DNA of 64,000 bases from Octopus vulgaris. Taxonomy: Eukaryota. Below, piece by piece: positions 25,213-37,100 of the stretch. The stretch is from assembly GCA_951406725.2 (NCBI GenBank), contig OX597821.1, positions 101,866,001 to 101,930,000 of the forward strand, given 5' to 3'. The notes under the pieces were generated by a model. That model was not told the origin of the DNA, made no database searches, and worked only from the letters and a program-made list of their open reading frames with translations. Each line of letters opens with the position of its first letter. The stretch's first letter is position 1. The position numbers and the translations under genes are program-made.

Positions 25213-26347
25213 ACATACATTATGTTTACAAATTTTTATGATTATGATCTTCAAAGAAATCCCCACTTCCAATACAGCACCATAAACAAGCACATACCTC
25301 TTATAAATACTCATTACTATCATTACATTACCTCATTAACCCACAAATTAATACAGTTTTTAGTCCTTGCTATTTCTTATACTTTCTAATCTTTATTCTG
25401 CCCACATTACCTTTCGGAGTTAATTAAATAAGTACCAGTTACACACTGGGGTCGATGTAATCGACTTAATCCTTTTGTCTGTCCTTGTTTGTCCCCTCTA
25501 TGTTTAGCCCCTTGTGGACAATGAAGAAATAATAATAATTAACAACAATTAACAGTTACTTCCCTTCAGCTAGAAAATGTGATTTTTCCCAAACATGTTT
25601 GAATATTTTTCATTAGTTTAGACTCATATATTAATGTTTTTCTTTTAGGAACTTTTTTTTAAGTCTTCCTCATACTCGTTTATACTGAAATTAAATTTAT
25701 TCAAAGCTGGCTAGTTCCCCTCCACAAATAAGGACCAAAAGCTGCCATATACCAAACTTTAACAATGCTTTACTTCCTTGTATATTTAAAAAAACATCCA
25801 TCACTTTTTTCCTCATTTGCTTGACTATATCTGGGTTGTGCAAAGTATAGCATATAATTACCAATGTGTATATGAGAGAAAGAGAGAGAGAGAGAGATAG
25901 TGTGTGTGACAATGTAAGATAAACAGGGATTACAGTTCCTGCTCCTAGTTTCATTTAACTGACCTCTTGATTGATTGTAAACACTAGCCAATTATTTTCT
26001 TCTCAGTTCATTCATGAGTACGGTAGACCAAAAGGGTAACTGAAGGAAATTGTGGTTCAGATATGCAATCTTTTGTTTATAAACACATTGAATAAACACT
26101 TGAATAAACTCTACACATATTTTGTACAAAACTGTATACAGCACACCATATATGTGGGTGGGGGTATACAAGGCTGCACCAGGCCCAGTCTGATCTGGCA
26201 ATGTTTCTACGGCTGAATGCCCTTCTTAACGCCAACCACTCCGTGAGTGTAGTGGGTGCTTTTTACGTGCCACCGGCACAGGTGCCAGACGAGGCTGGCA
26301 AACGGCCACGATCGGATATACTCAGTTCTACAGCTGGGTATACATAC

Positions 26348-26406
<59 letters not shown>

Positions 26407-26528
26407 AGTGCAAACAAGAGAGACAGAGAAAGGCAGAAACAAGAAAAATGCCACTTATATTTGAACACTATACAAATATTCCTTTAAAAAATCTTTTCTT
26501 TTAATTTTTCTAAATTTAATTATTTAAT

Positions 26529-26576
26529 CGTTACAGTTGAAAAGGTCTCAAAATGACCGAAACCGGTACTGAAATG
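26529..26576 (+). ncRNA. Minimal type I hammerhead ribozyme, U3-A8 core variant
   Basis: cgttaCAG-TTGAAAA-GGTC-tcaaaat-GACC-GAAA-C-CG-G-TA-CTGaaatg; stem I 7 of 8 pairs, stem II 4 bp, palindromic stem III ACCGGT, GUA site. Confidence 0.7.
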
Positions 26577-26623
26577 TTCTTTATAAAGTTATTTTAGCAT
26601 TTTCTATCTTGACTTGTTTTTTC

Positions 26624-26658
<35 letters not shown>

Positions 26659-27225
26659 TAAACACTCACATTTATTTTGTTCATTTGTTTGTTTTATGTT
26701 TCTTTTTCCATGAAAGTATGAGTTGAACAAAGATTTATTCTTGAGGTGCTATTTTAATGTCATGCCCTTTCAGTTTCTAACCCTTATATGTCTTCCAAGT
26801 AAGTGACTTTTTTTTTATTCCACTTGTCCTCAAAGGCTCAGAACCACATCACAATTTGTTAATAGGGTATGTCGGCATAATATTACTGTTGTGCTTAAAC
26901 AGTTTCATACAAAGATATGGAGTACAAACATTAACGCATACACACACACAGGTAGGTGTATGTATCTTTATGTATGTATGAACGTATATATAGTTGTTAT
27001 GGTCAATTTGTGAAGTACTAGTGATTTATTCTGCATGGGCATAAGGTTATATATAGATAAAAATAACACAAGTAAGATTATGAGATAAAGAGATGACAAA
27101 TAAATAATAGATGGAATAAGACAGGTGAAAGCATGTGCCTGGAAAACAAAAAATATATAAAGTAAAAGAAAATGATCAAAGAAGTATACAATGAAGATAA
27201 ATAGGCCAAAGAAAGAAACAGAGAA

Positions 27226-27259
27226 TCTGACATTTTGGGTGATACCCTTTTATTAAAGA
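27226..27259 (-). ncRNA. Decayed minimal hammerhead motif in an old inverted repeat
   Basis: Minus strand TCT-TTAATAA-aa-GGGT-atc-ACCC-AAAA-TG-TC-AGA; core damaged, partly by CpG-type transitions. Confidence 0.4.
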
Positions 27260-28718
27260 AGGGGTGGGGAACGATTTAAGAGAGGTAAAAGAAATAGAAG
27301 AATGTACAATACTGAATTTAGTCTCTAGGTGGTGGGGTCTGCCAATTAAACAGACATCTTAAATTCAGTATCATTCATTTCTTTTTCCTTTTTCTTTTAC
27401 CTGTAATCCTTTTTCTTCTCTTTGGTATAGGTTATCATCCAAAATTTATCAACCTGTTTTTACCTTTAGCGTATTTAATTTACCTTTCCATAACTGAAAG
27501 CTCTACAGCATGAAACCATTCAGTAACATGAATTGGCTGTTATGAGACTAGATTTATATGACAAATGTATGTATGAATTCTTTTTTTCTTTAAAATAATT
27601 TTTATCCCATTTAATGTCTTGCTAAAATTAGGGTGGTGTTGGTTGTCTGTACCATACAGGTATGGGCTCCGTGATTTTTGGAAAAGCATATAATGGTCCC
27701 AGAAAAAATGTTTGGGAAGCTCTGGAAGCACTAAGCTACACCACCAGCATCACTGCTTCATTACAGCCATTTGCGCTGTCATTATGATGTTGATGATAAT
27801 TCTTTTATTAGCCACAAGGGCTTACATAAAACAACATTAAAGGACATGGAGCAACATAAAAGACAACACAAGACAGGACAAAGGGTTTTCAGTAAACAAT
27901 AAATAACAATTAAAATTAAACAATGTAAAACTCCCAAAAGCCACGAGCCTGATCAACAAGGCAAGAGCCCTTCTTTAATTTTTCACAGAAAAGTATGAAA
28001 GGACCAGAACTGGCCCTTTCATACTGAGGTAACACTTCCCTCTCTACACTCACATCTCAACATTAGCTATGTAGAACTGTGACCTGATTGTGTGAACCAG
28101 AAAAGTTGTTATGGAAAATAATGTATGGAAGATGATTATAAATATTATTTTAGAGCACTTAGACACACTGGACATTGAGAGATAAAATAAAAGAAAATTT
28201 ATTTTACTGAATAATAGCGATTAATATGATTGACATTGTAGGTCATGGAGTAAAAGTCACTGAACAACCAGTTGTTAATTCAAATTAGATAGTTATGGAT
28301 CAACTAGAAAGACATTTTAATATCCTGAAATTTGAGTGAAAGCTTTGTCACAGAATCAGTTGTTAAAAAAAATGATAATGTATGACTATTTAATGAGTAT
28401 TTTTGTTTTTTTATATATATATATGAAATGTCTTTAAAATAGTCATGGGAGTAATGCCAGAAAGGCAATCACAGACTGTTAGACTCAAAATATTTTTCTC
28501 TGATCTGTTTAGAATCAGTGATACCATTACAGCTTTGTTTATTGAAAATAAGATGTCTGACAATGGTGTGGATATTTTGTAATTTATTTATTCACATCTG
28601 ATCTACTGATGTTTTCAAAATATTATATATGCCTCTGTGTGTGTGTGTGTACGCATGCACACACACACACACACACACACACACCCACAAATATATATAT
28701 ATGAGAGAGAAAGAGAGA

Positions 28719-29530
28719 GGGAGGTGTTCAGGCTAAATTTACAATTCTCTCCTTCTTTTAGGAACATTTTGATGTGTCAGTGAAAGTGAAAGACATTGGA
28801 GAGTATAGAAAGGATTTTAGAATATTAGAAAAGAGTTATCTGTATCATGATGAGTTGTGCCAGGTATCAAAATTCCAGCATCATGTCTGCTGCTCAATGC
28901 CCTACAGATGCTGTAAGATGTCACATGGACAACTGCAATGAAGACTATGAAACCATGGCCAGCAGCAAGGGAGACAGCAGGCATTCTAACTGCATCCACA
29001 TACTAGAATTCATCCCCACATCTTTGGACAGGTCCTTAGGCTCAATTCAGATAGCTATGTGAAGCTGCTGGAAACTGGTCAGTCCTTGGCTGGAGAGGGT
29101 CGCTGATGGAAGGTCATGTGTAGCAGCAGGATTTGACTCCTCACCATACCTCCAGAAAGATTCAGAAGAAATTGTTGGAAAATTTCTGGCCTCTTAATTC
29201 CCCCCATTGTAAATCCATGTTTTTCTGTGTGGGGGGCTCAGTTGAGAAAGACAGCAACTGTTCTGCCTGCAACACTAAGACCAAGCTGGTAGCCAAGATC
29301 ATGGGAAGATTTTCCCATGGATACAGTGAGGAACACATACATCAGGATCCAGAGCTGTCATGAAACTGTGACAAACACTAAGGGCATCTACTTTGAGCAA
29401 GCTATTATCTCTCAGCTCAGCTATAATCTAGTTGATATTTTTTGATTTTTTGGATACTTTTATTTTTGGAAGGGATATTCTGTTTTCGTTTCTTCTTCTA
29501 CAAACTGTCTAATTTAGACCAAACATCTTG
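28719..29530 (+). mobile_element. Degraded Tc1/mariner (maT/DD37D-like) transposon
   Basis: V*QQDLTPHHT (WQQDSAP.H) and FWPLNSPHCKS (WPPNSPDCNP) motifs; diverged TIRs ggtgttcaggctaaatt / aatttagaccaaacatc. Confidence 0.75.
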
Positions 29531-29961
29531 CATATAATCTAATGCTAATAAAAAACAAGGATTTTGTAATATGTTTGAACAAAATAGTATTGAAAATTTT
29601 TTTTTCTATAACAGAGATACCAATTGTTACCAGTATAGCTATGAGATTCCAAGTTCAATCTCACACTGTGGCATCCCAGACAATAAGCGTATCCTAGCTG
29701 AGCCTCAGATTACCCAATACCTTCTCAGTGGAATTTAGTAACTGGAGAAACTCATAATTGATTGCGTGTGTATATGTATTATCATTGTTCTTTTAACTCT
29801 TACTTTCTAAGCAATGTAATATTTCTCTATGATCAGACATGTCTCCACATTCATTTACAACAATCAGGTAATATCAGGGCAAGGAGACAAATGCATACAT
29901 ACACTTACACTCACACACACATATACATACATACATACATACATACTTGCATGCATATATA

Positions 29962-29993
<32 letters not shown>

Positions 29994-30079
29994 AATGATA
30001 AATAAAATATATGCATACATACATATATGTACGTACCTACATCTACATGTATATATACATGCATATATAAATATATATA

Positions 30080-30813
30080 CGTGAGTACAGGACACCACAA
30101 ATAGACGTAGAACTCAACGAGAAACGAAAACGGAAAAACAAACATGGAAACGGACCTTTTGTTTACAACGAAAAAAACAGAGTACAAGACAAACTACACA
30201 AGGAAAATTCCCCTTCATCAGCTGTCCCTAGTTCGACTCCATGCGTGTTTCGAAGGTGAGGACAGAACACGACTGGTCGAACTAGCCCTTCCTGCAAAAG
30301 AATTAAATAAAATTCCTTTGCAGAGGGATAAAAACAAGAAAAGAAAATAATGTGACAAAAACAGGACGTAAAAATAATACAAATAAAAATACAAATAAAA
30401 AACAAATACAAAATTAAAATACAAATACAAAAAAATCCAGTACAAGAAGGAATAAAAACAGGACAGGGAAACAAACAATGAGGGCTTTTAAGCCTAGATG
30501 AGGAAAAATTCACGAGCGCAGGAAAAAACATGTTCACTAGTAGGAGGCCGCGAGCGAAAGGAAGTTCGTCAGCCCAGCTGTGAGAGAGATGAAGAGGAGT
30601 GAGAGAGAGAGAGAGAGATAGAGAGGAAAGGAAACCAGATAGGGTGAAAAATAAGAAGGAGAGAAACAGAAGAGAGGAAGACAGACAAGAAGGAAGGTAA
30701 AGTCAAGCAAAGGGTTACAGAGTATCGCGTCATAATTATATATAAAAAACTTACAGGGAGAACAGAAAGGAAACGAATTCCTTTCTGTTCTCCCAGTAAG
30801 TTTTTTATATATA
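30080..30813 (-). mobile_element. Structured non-coding repeat (putative non-autonomous Penelope-dependent or retrozyme-like element)
   Basis: CpG-retaining block between (TA)n tracts, with hammerhead core motifs and several hairpins; no credible ORF. Confidence 0.5.
30210..30285 (-). ncRNA. Candidate non-circularly permuted hammerhead ribozyme
   Basis: Minus strand CGUG-UU-CUGUCC-uca-CCUUC-GAAA-CACG-(16 nt)-GGACAG-CUGAUGA-AGGGG: both core motifs are exact; stems I and III pair perfectly, stem II needs wobbles or a bulge. Confidence 0.6.
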
Positions 30814-30904
30814 TATATATATACATATATGATGGACTGTTTTCAGTTTCAATCTACCAAGTTCACTCACTGGGTTTGGTCACCCCATTTACATGTAGTT
30901 AAGT

Positions 30905-32137
30905 CTATGTCTGGTCATAGAGTGACCAGACACAAAGGACTTAGCCCCACGGATGGCTTGTCAGACTCTAAAGCTGAAGACAAATATAACTCTTCATCAG
31001 TGGGAGGCAGGAATCCATTACAGTCATTTGGTTAGTAACTACCAAAGATTAAACACTCCAGGTTGACAAGGACAGATTAACTCCCTTAGACCAGTACATC
31101 TGGGCCAAAAGAGGGGGAACAGGGAAATTTGCCCTTGGGTTGTATTTAGTTTATAAGGACCTTTCTAGGTCAAATCAGAGAATGAGGAATCCCATACTTG
31201 CAGTGCGTAGTATTTGAAATGGCTGCATGGGCCGTAGCACCAGCACTATGGCTGTAGATAATGACCATGACATCACCAGCAGCACAAGCGAGGCTACTGG
31301 CTCCACTCCCAGTATTATCAATGACAGCACCTACATCGCTATTGGCGACAGTAGTACCAATGTCATGGCCAGGGATGACCACCACAATGACAACAGCCAT
31401 AGCGATATTGCCAGACCCACGCCTCGTAATGATAATAGCACCGATGATAGCTCCAGCAACAACATCTCCAGGCCCGGAGCTGACTGAAGATGCCCCACAA
31501 ATGTGAGCACAACCAACAACCAGGCCTGGAAATATGTTGGGTCAGTCTGGACGGCCTTCAAGTGGTGCCTGTACGACCACAGGTCCTCTTTCAGGATTCT
31601 GGAAAGACAATTTGTCACATCCCTGGCCAGCCATGTGTGGTGCCTCAAAGATGAAGGGACCCTCTACGATATCAACTGAAGGATCTTAGAATCTCTGGGA
31701 CCCTACATTAACAGGAATGGACGCTGCCAGCTTTGTATAGCTGAACAAACAAGGATCCTCAAAGATTCCTTGAAACCTGGATCACTGAATGCTCGCCAGG
31801 AAATTTACAGTCACTGCATCCAACTCAAATGCTACATGCTGCAAACATGGAATTCTCTATTTTCCAATTGGACCTGGAAAGGTCCTTACAAACTAAAAGC
31901 AGCTCAAGGGCAAAATTCCCTGTTCTCCCTCTTTTGGCCCTGATCTAAGGGAGATAACCTGTCCTTACTGACCTGGAGTATTCATTCATTGGTGACTTTC
32001 TAACAACTAACTGTAATAGATTCCTGCCTCCCACAGATGTAGTTACATTTGTCTTCAGCTTTAAAGTGTGACGAGCCATTCATGGAGCTATACCCTTTGT
32101 GGATGCAAAACCATTGGTCACTTTGTGACCAGACATA
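30905..32137 (+). mobile_element. Penelope-like element 3' portion: GIY-YIG endonuclease pseudo-ORF between inverted pseudo-LTRs
   Basis: Inverted arms ~30905-31175 and ~31867-32137; translation KYVGSVWTAFKWCLYDHRSSF..TSLASHVWCLKD..YDIN*RI...CQLCIAE...LNARQEIYSHC is the PLE Uri/GIY-YIG pattern. Confidence 0.85.
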
Positions 32138-32166
32138 CAAATACATTACTGCTCTATACTTTAGAG

Positions 32167-32264
32167 CAGGGGTAGGCAAACTTTGTAGAGTGGCGAGCAA
32201 AAATTTTCTAAGAAAAGGTCCACGGACGGATCACAGGTTCTAACTCTTATATCTGTGTAAATCT

Positions 32265-32321
<57 letters not shown>

Positions 32322-32681
32322 AATTTGATATACATTAATAAAGATAAGTTTAACACATTAAATTAATGCGTAACATCTTCATTAACACCACCACTGAATT
32401 TACTTATGAGGTATTCTATTTTTTCAGCTAGAGTGTAGTTGGGTCTCAAGGGGGTGGTATAAACCTAGCAATATGTGTTTTATAGTGAAAACAAAATTTC
32501 CATTCAAATGGCAATTACCAGACGATTTCTGACCATAGTGGAAATGCGACCTATGTTGCAAACGGGTATACAAATATTGTATAAATTTTGATTGAAAAAT
32601 TTACTATATTTTGTACATATGATTATATCAGCCTGTGGGCACAATAAAACAGGCTCACAGGCAGGGGTTTCCTTACCACTG
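32167..32681. mobile_element. hAT (Charlie-like) MITE
   Basis: TIRs CAGGGGTAGGCAAAC / GTTTCCTTACCACTG; perfect 8-bp TSD ctttagag. Confidence 0.9.
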
Positions 32682-33196
32682 CTTTAGAGTGGGCTTCTTT
32701 TTGGGATATATGATACATTGATGATATATACAGGGTTCTGTGAAATTCTGCTTGCTATGAAACATATGTAGCCTGGATTTTATCTACTTCTTTTCCTAAT
32801 TTTGGACTTTTACCCACATACACAGCAACTCCTGCTGCTAACCATAAGCTATAAAACAATTTTTTCAGCTTATTGAATGTTGATACGGGAAAAATTTACA
32901 ACCTTCTACATCAATAAACCACTATTGTTTCTGAAAGTTATTTTCTTATGCCATCTACAGACTGCTCAAAGCTTACTATCTTCCTACACCTTGATCCTTG
33001 GATCTTTTACACACACAAAAGTAGTTAAGAAGTTGGTTTGACACCCATTTTGTTCCAGAATCAGTTGCATTGCACAGTACTTTGACTGAGTGTCTTCTAA
33101 TACAGCCTCAGCTTGACCAATACCTTGTGAATGGAATTTAGATAACTTTCCTGGATCCCATGTATTTGTGTGTGTGTGTGTGTCCTTTTCTTGGCA

Positions 33197-33233
<37 letters not shown>

Positions 33234-33502
33234 TATGTGCAGGCATGGTTGTGTGATTAAAAAGCTTGCTTTTCAATCATGTGACAACTTAGGCGAGAGT
33301 CTTCTGCTAATAGCCCCAGGCTAGCCAAAGCCTTTTGAGTAGATTTGGTTGAGGAAAACTGAAAGAAATCCACTGTATGTATGCATGTTTTAAGTTCAGT
33401 CCCTCTGCAAGGTAGTTTGGGGAAGTATTTTCAACTATAGTCCCAGGCTGATCAAAGACTTGTAAGTAGATTTGATGGACAGAAACTGAAAAAAAAACTG
33501 AT

Positions 33503-33722
33503 AGGTGGCGAGCTGGCAGAAACGGTAATTCTTAACGGTATTTCGCCTGCCGCTACATTCTGAGTTCAACTTCTGCCGAGGGCGACTTAGCCTTTCATCC
33601 TTTCGGGGTTGATTAAATAAGTACCAGTTATGCACTGGGGTTGATGTAATCAACTTAATCCCTTTGTCTGTCCTTGTTTGTCCCCTCTGTGTTTAGACCC
33701 TTGAGGGCAATAAAGAAATAAG
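33503..33722 (+). mobile_element. SINE family B nested in a family A copy
   Basis: Complete head to aagaaat tail; family A sequence gaaactgaaaaaa is repeated on both sides. Confidence 0.85.
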
Positions 33723-33739
33723 AAACTGAAAAAAGTCTG

Positions 33740-33900
33740 TTGTGTGTATGTATGTGCATGTATGTGTGCATGTATGTGCACATGCATGTATGTGCAATGT
33801 ATGTATATGTACATGCATGCATGTGTTGTTCATGTATATGCACATGCATGAATGTGTGTGCATGTATGTGCACATGCATGCCTGCATGTGCATGTGTGTT
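33740..33900. repeat. Compound (TGCA/TGTA)n microsatellite
   Basis: Direct inspection; source of the spurious M/C/V/H ORFs. Confidence 0.9.
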
Positions 33901-36754
33901 TACATTTGTGCTTATACTGAAAATTGTTTTCATTGTTGCTGTTTTCCTTGCCAACCAATCTTTCACTGTCTTTGTGCATTTGAAAACATGTAGAACAAGA
34001 GATCCCTTACTTGTTAAAACAGTATTAGCAACGAGTAGGCCATCTGGTTTTTCAAACAATGCCTCAATGATATATTCACCTAATCCATGTTAGCATGGAA
34101 AACAGCTGTAGAAAAAATTAACAAAACAAAAGAAATATGCTTACACACTCTCACACAGATATATGTAAAGAGAATGATGATATCATATACATGTCAGCTT
34201 AGAAAACCAGATGTTGATATAATGATAATGATGACATGGTGCTCCTCAAATGATTATTTAAGCAGAGATATGATCGAATAAAGTAAAGCAAAAAAAGAGA
34301 ACTTGCATGAGAAATATATAGAAAATAAAGAATATTTTCTGTAACAGCTTGATTAGAGATGCTTGGGAAAAGAAGAGGGCAGAAACATTGAATTTGGCAG
34401 AAAGTATTTAAACGAATTATTATTCAGTGTTGATTTATAAGACAAAGCTGTTCTGTAACAGGAAGAAACTCTTTTTTTGTTGAACAACATTCAAGTAAAA
34501 TGTTGAAATAAATAAAGATGTAAGCAATATAAAGAAAAGGGAACAGAAAAAATGTTGTAGAGGGTGTTGACCTGACTGTAATAAAATTTGTTGTAAACTC
34601 AGTACCGTGTATTGATGAAATTTCATAATGTATAAAACAACTGATTATGAATGTTTTTTTTTCATTTTTGTCGTTTAGAGGGGTTTTTTTTCTGTTTGAA
34701 GAAGACAACTAAAATAGATTGATTACAAAGAAGAGAATGTAATATAAAATTATAGCAAATGTATAAGATATGAGGTTAATTTTAAGACTCGAAGAAAGCA
34801 TTTAAAATAATAAAGTAAACTTCTGAATAAGTTTATAATGGACACTACCTTTAGAAGAGCGTCTTGTCGCATTTTGCTGTATTATTTAGTAAGTTGAAGA
34901 TACTATATCTGTATAAAAGAAAAAGGTGTTGATGTTGATATTAGTTTAAATAGAAGCAGTAGATAAAGAAGAATTAGTTGGTGCAAGGAGTGAGTATATA
35001 GATATATATTAATAAAAATATTTCATTACATATGGTTGGACAATAGAGGAAAAGTTAATTAGTTAGTGTACTGGTAAAGTAGCTTGCTAGCTAGTTACTC
35101 ATTTTGGTTAGTTGATGACACAACAGTTCAGAATGATAACAAAACAATTCAGAAAAAAAGAAACAACATTTGTTTTCAGAAGGATTTATCTTCTCAAGCC
35201 TAATGGGATATTATTGTTGCCATAGTAGAGATAGGTCGTTCGTTGAATAATTTCTAATTGTGGACCTAAATTATTTCACTTGAGTAATTTCAAGTTGATA
35301 TCATTACTATGTAGCTAAGAAGTTGGCTTGACACCCATTTTGTTCCAGAATCAGTTGCACTGCACGTTGCTTTGACCGAGTGTCTTCTAATACAGCCTCA
35401 ACTTGATCAATACCTTGTGAATGGAATTTAGATAACTTCCCTGGATCCCGTGTGTGTGTGTGTGTCCTTTCCTTGGACACCACACTGTGGTTGTAAAGTA
35501 AGGATCACTGTCATACAAGCACTGTCCTTCATTTCAAATCATCTATGAAAACATGTCTCACCATGGAGAAATATTACCTTGCTTGGAAACAGGTGACAGG
35601 AAAAGTATTCAAAGATTATAAAATCTGCATTAAAAAGATGTTGATGTTTATGACAATGTTGGTATATGTACACACACACACACACACACACACACATGTG
35701 TTCATTCATTCATTTAATGTTTCTTTTTCATGCTAGCATGGGTCAAATGAATAGTTGTTTGAGATTAGATATATTCATACATATCTCTGTATGTGTTGTT
35801 GCTTATGCTGTGTCCCTTATACTAAATAACTTATTGGTTCACCACATAGAAATTTTTAAAAATAAGTATCGTATTGAAACAAGCAATGGGGTTGAAGGTA
35901 CTGACTCAACTTTGTCACGGTCCAGTGACTGACACCAGTAAAATAATATCAGGCTTTTTAAAAACAGTGTTAGATAGGAAAAGAAAATCAAAACAATTTT
36001 CTTTTCATTATTTTGAAAGGCTGCGAGCTGGTTGAATTGTTAACTTGCTGGGCAAAAGGCATTTCATCTATCTTTATGTTCTGTGTTCAAATTTCAGTGA
36101 GGTTGACTTTGCCTTTTTTCCATTTGGATTTGTTAAAACAAGTACCATATGAGCACTGGGCTTAAAGTAATTGACTAGCCCTCTACCACCAAAAGTTTAG
36201 GCCTTGTGCCTATAGTAGAAAGAATTTTTTTTTTTTTAATTTTAATTTTTGTTGATATGGATTAATGATCTGTTTAAATAGCTTCTACTTTCTTTTGGCT
36301 CTTTTTTCCATTCTGCCAGTGCCACTGGACTGGCTCCTCTGCAGGTGGCACATAAAAAACACCATTTGAGCGTGGCCATTGCCTATCCCATCTGACTGGC
36401 TCTCGTGCCAGTGGCATGTAAAAGCACCCACTACACTCTCAGAGTGGTTGGCATTAGGAAGGGCATCCAGCTGTAGAAACTCTGCCAGATCAAATTGGAG
36501 CCTTGTGCAGCCATCTGGTTTGACGGTCCTCAGTCAAATCGTCCAACCCATGCTAGCATGGAAAGCAGACATTAAATGATGATGATGATGATGATGAATT
36601 TGAATGCCACACTTAATTTTAAACTGTAAATGTTAATTTGTGCATGTGTGTTTGTGTGTTTACATCATTTTTTGTTCATTTGTTTATTTTGAATTTGAAA
36701 ACACAAAGAATGATGTTGAAATAATAAATTATTGCATAGATTCAAGTGTAAATT

Positions 36755-36899
36755 ACTCATTCATTCACAAATTGCATTTTTCTTTTATTAAGTGGTGACA
36801 TTGTATTTATTTAGCTCCTGTTACACGACTCATTCATTCACAAATTTGCATTTTTTTTTCAAAGTGGTGACATTGTATTTGTTTAGCTCCTGTTGCATG
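36755..36899. repeat. ~72-bp tandem duplication
   Basis: actcattcattcacaaattgca...aagtggtgacattgtatt..tttagctcctgtt present twice. Confidence 0.9.
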
Positions 36900-37100
36900 T
36901 CATAGAACAAAATAGGCAAATAGGAAAATTGTCAAATATCAGAATCATTTGACACGCTCTAATTATTTCAGTTTTAATGTCACTTTGAAAAATGTTTCCT
37001 CTCTTGCATTTCTCATCCCCCACCCCCACCCCGTAATTTTGTTTTCATTTTCTGCTACCTCATGGTTTCATTTGTTTCATTCTAGGTCTGTGACACTTAA

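Noticed and set aside
32060-32100. Hammerhead in the Penelope pseudo-LTR (consensus of the two arms CTGACGA-GCCA-tycr-TGG)
   Set aside because: Neither arm retains GAAA or a clear stem III; suggestive only.
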